Part shown: one piece after another, positions 1 through 6,503 of the stretch | Position numbering within the stretch: position 1 is the first letter of the stretch | Layout of the letters: each line of letters begins with the position of its first letter | Source of the DNA: Gemmatimonadota bacterium | GTDB taxonomy: Bacteria > Gemmatimonadota > Gemmatimonadetes > Palauibacterales > Palauibacteraceae | Direction: 5' to 3' | Assembly: GCA_965207805.1 (NCBI GenBank) | Contig: OZ242312.1 | Location: 1,068,748-1,132,747, forward strand | Length of the DNA stretch: 64,000 nt | Position numbers and translations under genes: made by a program | The notes under the pieces: model-generated | What the model was told of the DNA's origin: nothing | Databases searched by the model: none | Seen by the model: the letters and a program-made list of their open reading frames with translations, nothing else

Positions 1-1
1 G

Positions 2-1003
2 ACGTACGGACGCGGCTACTGGATTCTGGACGACCTGAGCGGGGTGCAGCAGCTCACGCCCGAAATCGCGGCCTCCGACGCGCACCTGTTCGCGCCGCGC
101 GACGCGTACCGCTTCAACGACATCTCCGAACCCCAGGTGATGTACGAGGACTGGTCCGTGGGCGAGAACCCGCCCAACGGGGCGTCGATCAACTACTGGC
201 TCGGCGACGGCGAGGGGCGCGAGGTGCAGGTCCGCGTCGAGAACGCCGAGGGCGACACGCTCGCCACGCTCGACGGCTCCAGCCACGACGGCTTCAATCG
301 CGTGTGGTGGAACTTCCGGGGCCCCGATGCGAAGCCGATCCAGTACCGCACGAAGCCGCAGTTTGCCGACTGGATGCCGATGCCGGAGGTCGCCCGCCAG
401 GCCGGCGGCGGCTTCTTCGGCTTCGGCGGCGGGCCGCGCGAGCCCCCGGGCACGTACACCGTCGCGCTCGTCGTGGACGGAGAGGATGTGGGGTCCGAGG
501 AGCTGACGGTTCTCCAGGACCCGAGTTCCGAGGGTTCGATGGCGGACATCCTGGCCCAGAAGGCGCTGCTCGACGAGATCGTCGATGACCGGAACCGGCT
601 TGCCGACCTCGTCAACCAGATCGAACTCCTGCGCCGCCAGATCCACGACCTGCGCCCCGTGCTCGAAGACGCGGGCGACGCGGAAGATGTGATCGAGGCG
701 GGAGAGGCGCTCGACGAGTCGCTCATCGAAGTGGAGGGCGATCTCGTGCAGCTCAAGAACACCGGGCCCGACGGGGTTCGCTGGCCCTCGATGATCGGCG
801 GCCGTCTGACCTATCTCCAGAGCGCCGTCGGCACGGCCGATTTCCCGCCCACCGACCAGCACGCCGAGGTGGCGCAGCTCCTGAGCGACCAGATCGACGA
901 GGTGGAAGTGCGGCTGCAGGCGGTGCTGGCCGACGAACTCGCGGAGTTCAACCAGATGCTCCAGGCGAGGGTGGGCCGCGTCATTACCACGGAGCAGGAC
1001 TAG
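2..1003 (+). CDS. Hypothetical protein, C-terminal fragment (ORF open to window edge); C-terminal part is coiled-coil-like
   Basis: Frame is open from nt 2 (TYGRGYWILDDLSGV...) with no stop before the listed GTG at 44, so the gene continues upstream of the window. No diagnostic motif recognised. Stop at 1001-1003. Confidence 0.5.
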   Translation, partial: TYGRGYWILDDLSGVQQLTPEIAASDAHLFAPRDAYRFNDISEPQVMYEDWSVGENPPNGASINYWLGDGEGREVQVRVENAEGDTLATLDGSSHDGFNRVWWNFRGPDAKPIQYRTKPQFADWMPMPEVARQAGGGFFGFGGGPREPPGTYTVALVVDGEDVGSEELTVLQDPSSEGSMADILAQKALLDEIVDDRNRLADLVNQIELLRRQIHDLRPVLEDAGDAEDVIEAGEALDESLIEVEGDLVQLKNTGPDGVRWPSMIGGRLTYLQSAVGTADFPPTDQHAEVAQLLSDQIDEVEVRLQAVLADELAEFNQMLQARVGRVITTEQD

Positions 1004-1007
1004 CGCA

Positions 1008-1973
1008 GTGCGCCGGGCGATCCTCCGGCTGGCGGCCGCGGGGGCGCTGGCCGGGGGCACGCTCGCCTGCGCGCCCGGTGGCGACTCGGCCCCCGAATTG
1101 CGCGGCGCGACGGCGGGGTTCTGCTCGAACGTGCCCCGCTCGCAGTACGCCGACCTCGAGCGCGTCGGGGTCACGGATGACTGGTTCGAGGTCTATCGCG
1201 TCGCCGCGGGCGTGTACGCGATCTACGAGCCATTCCAGTTCCAGGAGGTCATCTCCTACCTGATCCTCGGCGAGGAGGGCGCCCTCCTGTTCGACACGGG
1301 GATGGGGATCGGCCGCATCCGCGCCGTGGTGGACGAGCTCACGACGCTGCCCGTGACCGTCCTCAACTCGCACACGCACATGGACCACGTCGGGGGCAAC
1401 GCAGAGTTCGAGCGCGTGCTCGCCATGGACACGGAGTTCACCCGCACGCGCGCCCGTGGCCGCGCGAACGCCGAAGTGCGGGGAGAGGTGGACGCGAGCG
1501 CGCTCTGCCGGGCCCTGCCCGCGGGGATCACCGAGGACACGTACCACACGCCCGCCTTCGAGATCGACGCCTTCGTCGACGACGGACACCGGATCGACCT
1601 GGGGGGACGCACGCTCGAAGTCGTCGCCGTCCCGGGCCACACGCCCGACGCGATCGCTCTCCTCGACCGTGAGGCCGGCTTCCTCTGGACCGGGGATTCC
1701 TTCTACGAGGGTCCGATCTGGCTCTTCGCGCCCGAGACGGACCTGGAGGCGTACCGGGCCTCGGTCGCCCGGCTCGCCGAACTCGCTCCCGAGCTGACAA
1801 CGCTGTTCACGGGGCACAACACGCCCGTTGCGCAGCCCTCGCGGCTGCTCGAGCTGAACGATGCGGTGGAGGCCATGTTCGAGGGCATCGCCGTCGGCAA
1901 CCGGCTCCAGGACGGCGGGGTCGAGTTCGTGTTCGAGGCGTTCTCGATCATACTCCGCCCGGACCAGCTTTGA
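1008..1973 (+). CDS. MBL-fold metallo-hydrolase, probable lipoprotein/secreted
   Basis: Signal peptide (MRRAILRLAAAGALAGGTLACAP). Metallo-beta-lactamase motif HTHMDH (HxHxDH), later VPGHTPDAI and a conserved Asp/His region. 4-nt overlap with the downstream gene. Confidence 0.8.
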   Translation: MRRAILRLAAAGALAGGTLACAPGGDSAPELRGATAGFCSNVPRSQYADLERVGVTDDWFEVYRVAAGVYAIYEPFQFQEVISYLILGEEGALLFDTGMGIGRIRAVVDELTTLPVTVLNSHTHMDHVGGNAEFERVLAMDTEFTRTRARGRANAEVRGEVDASALCRALPAGITEDTYHTPAFEIDAFVDDGHRIDLGGRTLEVVAVPGHTPDAIALLDREAGFLWTGDSFYEGPIWLFAPETDLEAYRASVARLAELAPELTTLFTGHNTPVAQPSRLLELNDAVEAMFEGIAVGNRLQDGGVEFVFEAFSIILRPDQL

Positions 1974-2905
1974 CCGACCCGATCCGCGACTTCATCGAGC
2001 GGGAGGGCTTTCTCGTTCTCGATGGGGGGCTGGCGACGGAACTCGAAACGCTCGGCTGCGACCTCGACGATCCTCTGTGGTCCGCCCGCGCCCTCATCGA
2101 TGACCCCGAGGCGATCCGCACCGCGCACCGCCGGTTCCTCGAGGCGGGCGCCGGCTGTATCGCCACCGCGACCTACCAGGCGACGTTCGAGGGCTTCCGG
2201 GCCCGGGGTCTGGATGCAGCCGACACGGCTCGCCTGCTCGAGCGGGCCGTCCGGCTCGCCGTCTCCGCGCGCGACGAGTTCGTGGCCGACCGCGCCATCA
2301 AGCCGGTCGGCCGCACGCGACCGCTCGTGGCCGCGAGCGTCGGCCCGTACGGCGCCTATCTCGCCGACGGGTCGGAGTACACGGGCGACTACGGACTCTC
2401 CGCCGCCGAACTGTACGACTTCCACGCCCGGCGCTGGGAGGTCCTCGCCGAGACCGAGGCCGATGTCCTCGCGTGCGAGACGACCCCGTCCGCGGAGGAG
2501 ACGCGCGCCTACTGCCGGCTCGCCGCCGTGTCCCACCGCCCTACGTGGATCAGCTTCCAGTGTCGCGACGGCGCCCACCTCGCGGACGGAACGGCACTGG
2601 AGGCCGCCGTCGCGACGTGCGACGCCGAACCGCACGTCGTGGCGGTCGGCGTCAATTGCACGGATCCGGGCTTCACCGTGTCTCTCATCGGGGAAGCGCG
2701 CCGCGCGACCGCGAAACCGATCCTCGTCTACCCCAACTCGGGGGAGGTATGGGACGCCGGGACGAAGCGCTGGACCGGACCGGCGACCCCGATGGACTGG
2801 GCCCGGAGCGCTACCGAGTGGCGCGTCGCGGGCGCCGACGGCATTGGCGGTTGCTGCCGCGTCGGCCCCGCCGACATCGCCGCGATCCGGCAGGAGACTG
2901 GATGA
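1970..2905 (+). CDS. mmuM: Homocysteine S-methyltransferase (MmuM/HMT family, Pfam S-methyl_trans)
   Basis: N-terminal FLVLDGGLATELE...LWSARAL signature. C-terminal Zn-binding GGCCRVGP motif. TTG start overlapping the upstream stop (tTGA). Confidence 0.85.
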   Translation: MTDPIRDFIEREGFLVLDGGLATELETLGCDLDDPLWSARALIDDPEAIRTAHRRFLEAGAGCIATATYQATFEGFRARGLDAADTARLLERAVRLAVSARDEFVADRAIKPVGRTRPLVAASVGPYGAYLADGSEYTGDYGLSAAELYDFHARRWEVLAETEADVLACETTPSAEETRAYCRLAAVSHRPTWISFQCRDGAHLADGTALEAAVATCDAEPHVVAVGVNCTDPGFTVSLIGEARRATAKPILVYPNSGEVWDAGTKRWTGPATPMDWARSATEWRVAGADGIGGCCRVGPADIAAIRQETG

Positions 2906-3016
2906 CCGCTCCCGGTGCGTAGCTCGATGCGGCCGGGCACCGGGCTGTATATCGTGTGGAACAACCTGACCGGGTAGCCCGGCGAGCGGGCCCCGGCGCA
3001 AGAGAGGTCAACTTTC

Positions 3017-4396
3017 ATGTGGCACGAGGACATCCTGGGCACGATCGGCGGCACGCCGCTGGTGCGCGTAAACCGCCTCGCCGCGCACCTGCCCGGCACC
3101 GTCCTCGCGAAGCTCGAGTACTTCAACCCCGGCGGCTCCGTCAAGGACCGGATCGGGATTTCGATGCTCGACGACGCCGAGGCGCGGGGTGAGATCGAAC
3201 CCGGCGGCACGATCGTCGAGGGCACGAGCGGCAACACCGGCGTCGGCCTCGCGCTCGCCGCCATCGCGCGCGGCTACACGTGCATCTTCGCGACGACGGA
3301 CAAGCAGAGCCCCGAGAAGATCGCCATCCTGCGGGCGCTGGGGGCGGAGGTCATCGTCTGCCCCACCGCGGTGGACCCCGAGGATCCGCGCTCCTACTAC
3401 CAGGTTTCGCGCCGGCTCGCGGAGGAAACCCCCAATTCCTTCTACATGAACCAGTACGACAACCCCGCCAACACGCTCGCCCACCTGCGGACGACGGGTC
3501 CGGAACTGTGGGAGGGGACCGAGGGGAGGATCACGCACCTCTTCGTCGGCTCCGGCACCGGCGGCACGATCTCGGGCTCCGCCGCCTACCTCAAGGAACG
3601 GAACCCCGACGTGCGGATCATCGGCGTGGACCCGTACGGCTCCGTTTACTGGAAGTACTTCCACACCGGCGAGTTCGACGAGGACGAAATCTATCCCTAC
3701 GTCACCGAAGGGGTGGGAGAGGACATCCTCGCGGGCAACATGAACTTCGACATCGTGGACGACTACGTGCGCGTCACGGACCGCGAGTCGATGCTCATGA
3801 CGCGGCGTCTCGCGCGCGAGGAGGGGATGTTCCTCGGCGGCTCGTGCGGCATGGCGATGGCGGGTGCGCTCCAGTGGATGGAGGCGAACCGCGACGCGAT
3901 CTCCGACGAGGATGTGCTCGTCGTGATCATGCCGGACGGCGGCTACCGCGCGCTCGGCAAGGTCTACAACGACGTCTGGATGCAGGAGCACGGCTTCCTC
4001 GAGGAGGGCGAGACCCTCACCGCGGGAGCGCTCGTCGCGCGCCGTTCGACCGAGAGGCCGCTGGTGTCGGCCCCGGTCGACATGTCCCTGGAGGATGCGA
4101 TCGCGTCCATGCGTGAGCATGCGATTTCGCAGCTGCCGGTGATGGAGGGAGGAGAAGTCGTCGGGAGCCTCGTCGAGCAGAACATCCTGCGCTTCCTCAT
4201 GGGGGATCCCGACGCGCGGGGACGCCTCGTGCGCGACCTCATGGGCCCGCCCTTCCCGGTCGTCGACGCCTCGAGCCCCGTGCACGCCTTCGCGAACGCG
4301 CTCAGTGGAGACCAGCCCGCCGTGCTCGTGCGGCGGGAAGACGGCACGCTGGGCATCCTCACCCGCTCCGACCTGATCTCCGCCCTCGGCGCGTAG
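3017..4396 (+). CDS. Cystathionine beta-synthase (PLP-dependent CysK-fold domain plus C-terminal CBS-domain pair)
   Basis: PLP-lysine motif GGSVKDRIG, glycine loop GTSGNTGVGLA, GSGTGGTISG; C-terminal region of ~120 aa resembles tandem CBS domains. 459 aa. Confidence 0.85.
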   Translation: MWHEDILGTIGGTPLVRVNRLAAHLPGTVLAKLEYFNPGGSVKDRIGISMLDDAEARGEIEPGGTIVEGTSGNTGVGLALAAIARGYTCIFATTDKQSPEKIAILRALGAEVIVCPTAVDPEDPRSYYQVSRRLAEETPNSFYMNQYDNPANTLAHLRTTGPELWEGTEGRITHLFVGSGTGGTISGSAAYLKERNPDVRIIGVDPYGSVYWKYFHTGEFDEDEIYPYVTEGVGEDILAGNMNFDIVDDYVRVTDRESMLMTRRLAREEGMFLGGSCGMAMAGALQWMEANRDAISDEDVLVVIMPDGGYRALGKVYNDVWMQEHGFLEEGETLTAGALVARRSTERPLVSAPVDMSLEDAIASMREHAISQLPVMEGGEVVGSLVEQNILRFLMGDPDARGRLVRDLMGPPFPVVDASSPVHAFANALSGDQPAVLVRREDGTLGILTRSDLISALGA

Positions 4397-4418
4397 AAGA
4401 GTCCGACGCGCCCGGGAG

Positions 4419-4436
4419 ACGTTCCCGCGGGAACGT
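4419..4436. terminator. Perfect 18-nt palindrome ACGTTCCCGCGGGAACGT, 23 nt after the CBS stop and followed by GTTTGCTTG; putative intrinsic terminator and copy 1 of a dispersed palindromic motif
   Basis: Read directly from the sequence; the reverse complement is identical. Other copies are listed in findings. Confidence 0.5.
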
Positions 4437-4447
4437 GTTTGCTTGCG

Positions 4448-4476
4448 AAATGATGTCGTTTATGTCAAAATGATGT
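4448..4476 (+). promoter_or_regulatory. Direct repeat AAATGATGTC (x2, 9-nt spacer) immediately upstream of vapB; candidate antitoxin operator/promoter in a locally AT-rich segment
   Basis: gaAAATGATGTCgtttatgtcaAAATGATGTCatgagcg; the second repeat abuts the vapB start codon. Confidence 0.45.
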
Positions 4477-4477
4477 C

Positions 4478-4714
4478 ATGAGCGTGCAAATCACGATTCG
4501 AGACGTTCCCGAGGAAGTGCGTGACCGGCTGAAAGTGCGCGCGGCTTCTCGCGGCCAGTCGATGCAGCGGTATCTGCGCGGCGAACTCACGCGGTTGGTA
4601 GCGAAACCGACCGTTGAGGAGTGGGTCGAGAGCGTTCGCGCCCGCAAGCGGCTGTCGACCAATCGGGTGACCACCGAGAGCATCCTGCAGGCGCGAGACG
4701 CCGACCGGCGGTGA
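4478..4714 (+). CDS. vapB: Type II antitoxin, ribbon-helix-helix (VapB/FitA-like, 'plasmid stability protein' family)
   Basis: 78 aa; N-terminus MSVQITIRDVPEEVRDRLKVRAASRGQSMQRYLRGEL is typical of RHH antitoxins. Overlaps the downstream PIN gene by 4 nt (GTGA). Confidence 0.8.
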   Translation: MSVQITIRDVPEEVRDRLKVRAASRGQSMQRYLRGELTRLVAKPTVEEWVESVRARKRLSTNRVTTESILQARDADRR

Positions 4715-5166
4715 CGGTCGTCGTTGATGCCTCGGTCCTCGCGGCGGCGGTAGCCGACCTCGGGACGGAGGGCGCCTGGTCGGAAGCTGCCATAGCGGAG
4801 GCGACTCGCGAAGGCCGTGCCCTGGCGGGCCCACAGATCGCCCTCGCGGAAGCGAGCAACGTTCTTCGCCGGCTGGAGCTTGCCGAGCGGCTGGAGACCT
4901 CCGAGGCCAATCTCGCCCGTCGCGATCTGCTGACGCTCGGTATCGAGCCGTTCCCGTTCGAACCTCTAGCCGATCGCGTCTGGGAACTGCGCCACAACGT
5001 CAGCGTTTACGATGGCTGGTACGTGGCGCTCGCCGAAGCGCTTTCCTGCCCCTTGCTGACGCTTGATTGCCGACTTGCGCGGGCTCGCGGGCCCGCCTGC
5101 CGCATCATCACTCCGCCCGCCTCGCAAGTCGTCCACGAGCGGGCCGTCGCGCGCCCCGCGGAGTAG
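4711..5166 (+). CDS. vapC: PIN-domain toxin VapC
   Basis: GTG start overlapping the vapB stop. N-terminal VVVDASVL (PIN D1), conserved acidic residues (E, D...YDGWYVALAEAL); ~150 aa. Confidence 0.75.
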   Translation: MTVVVDASVLAAAVADLGTEGAWSEAAIAEATREGRALAGPQIALAEASNVLRRLELAERLETSEANLARRDLLTLGIEPFPFEPLADRVWELRHNVSVYDGWYVALAEALSCPLLTLDCRLARARGPACRIITPPASQVVHERAVARPAE

Positions 5167-5176
5167 CGCCGCGCCG

Positions 5177-5653
5177 CTAGCCTTCGCCGGGGAGGGAGTA
5201 GAGGTGGGCGGTGACGAGGGCGGCGACGAGCAGGAGGAGGGCGACGACCCAGAGTTGTCCGGCGGCGAACACGGCCGAGACGAGGATCGCGCTCCACAGG
5301 AAGATGGTCGCGCCGCGCCGTACGCGGGTGGAAATCACGCCGCGCTCCCGGTAGGCGGCGAGGTAGCGGCCGAAGAGGCGGTTCTCGTACAGCCAGCGCT
5401 CGGCGCGAGGGGAGCTGCGCGCGAAGCACCACGCGGCGAGCAGGAGGAAACAGGTCGTGGGCCATAGCGGCACCACGATGCCGATGATGCCGGCGCTCAC
5501 GCTGAGGCTCCCCACGCCCAGGAAGACGGCCCGTCGCACGGGGCCGGGCAATGACCGCGCGGCGCGCTCCGCCGCCGCGTGATCGATCGGACACCGGGCG
5601 GCCGGCGAAGGGATCGCGGGCCGGCTGTGTCGCGTGTCTGGACTCGATTTCAT
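5177..5653 (-). CDS. DUF454/YbaN-family inner-membrane protein
   Basis: C-terminal ~120 aa (PLWPTTCFLLLAAWCFARSSPRAERWL...) matches YbaN/DUF454 topology. Start chosen at ATG 5653 (MKSSPDT...) because the longer listed ORF would run through the tRNA gene. Confidence 0.6.
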   Translation of the reverse strand: MKSSPDTRHSRPAIPSPAARCPIDHAAAERAARSLPGPVRRAVFLGVGSLSVSAGIIGIVVPLWPTTCFLLLAAWCFARSSPRAERWLYENRLFGRYLAAYRERGVISTRVRRGATIFLWSAILVSAVFAAGQLWVVALLLLVAALVTAHLYSLPGEG

Positions 5654-5708
5654 GTCTGCGGAGTCACCGGAATCGAATGAGTCGCTGGCGTCATCGACCG
5701 GGGGATCA

Positions 5709-5782
5709 TGCGCCCGGGAGGACTCGAACCCCCAGCCTTCTGATCCGAAGTCAGACGCTCTATCCAATTGAGCTACGGGCGC
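5709..5782 (-). tRNA. tRNA-Arg (anticodon TCG)
   Basis: The reverse complement folds as a cloverleaf: acceptor GCGCCCG, D-arm GCTCAATTGGATAGAGC, anticodon stem TCTGA/TCAGA with loop CTTCGGA (anticodon TCG), T-arm GGGGGTTCGAGTCCTCC. CCA is not encoded. Confidence 0.85.
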
Positions 5783-5903
5783 AGGTGGCGCGAGCGAAAA
5801 ACGGTAGAACCGGCCCGCGTCCGATGCAACCGGGACCGCTCGCGGGGTTCCGAGACAGCACGCTAGATTCGTGGACGCCAACCACCTCACCCGGAGCTGA
5901 CCG

Positions 5904-6503
5904 ATGCGACGACTGCGTACACTCTTCCTCCTCGGCGCGCTGACCGCCGGCCCACTGGCGCTCGCGACGCCCGCCCCCTCCCTCGCCCAGAGCCGCGCGA
6001 ACGTGGCCATGGCGGAGAGCTGGCCGGAGGCCGATCCCGACGACGTGGAGTCGGTCGACAGCATCCTGACCGCCCTCTACGACGTGATCTCGGGCCCGGC
6101 CGGGCAGGCGCGCGACTGGGACCGCTTCCGCTCCCTGTTCATCCCGGAGGCCCGCCTCATTCCCACGGGCCGGTCCCCCGAGGGAGAACACGGCTACCAG
6201 GTGTGGAGCCCGGGCGAATACGCGGAACAGGCGGGCGGCTTCCTCGAACAGAACGGATTCTTCGAGCGGGAGATCGCCCGCACCGAGGAGCGCTTCGGCC
6301 CCGTGGTGCACGCGTTCTCGACCTACGACTCGAAGCGCACGGCGGACGACCCCGAGCCGTTCGCCCGCGGCATCAACTCGATCCAGCTCATGCACGACGG
6401 CGGCCGCTGGTACGTCGTCACGATCTACTGGGCCGCGGAACGGCCGGATCTGCCGATCCCGGGACCGTATCTGCCGTCCGGGAACGGAGGAGGTACCCCG
6501 TGA
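5904..6503 (+). CDS. Secreted NTF2-like/SnoaL-like small protein (hypothetical)
   Basis: Signal peptide MRRLRTLFLLGALTAGPLALATPAPSLAQS. C-terminal ...MHDGGRWYVVTIYW is typical of an NTF2-like fold. First gene of a 3-gene coupled operon. Confidence 0.55.
   Translation: MRRLRTLFLLGALTAGPLALATPAPSLAQSRANVAMAESWPEADPDDVESVDSILTALYDVISGPAGQARDWDRFRSLFIPEARLIPTGRSPEGEHGYQVWSPGEYAEQAGGFLEQNGFFEREIARTEERFGPVVHAFSTYDSKRTADDPEPFARGINSIQLMHDGGRWYVVTIYWAAERPDLPIPGPYLPSGNGGGTP

Noticed and set aside
2906-3016. Possible SAM/SAH riboswitch upstream of cystathionine beta-synthase
   Set aside because: Only 112 bp and no recognisable SAM-I/II/SAH consensus elements by eye; a GC hairpin alone is insufficient. 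A covariance-model search would be needed.
5654-5903. Integrase, att site or mobile element adjacent to tRNA-Arg
   Set aside because: No integrase, transposase or recombinase ORF and no obvious repeat of the tRNA 3' end nearby; flanking genes encode DUF454 and secreted enzymes. An island hypothesis is retained only as a low-confidence finding.
5177-6064. Listed 295-aa ORF on the minus strand spanning 5177-6064
   Set aside because: Its upstream two-thirds would read through the tRNA-Arg gene (5709-5782). Only the C-terminal 158 codons (5177-5653) match the DUF454/YbaN family, so the gene was truncated to ATG 5653.
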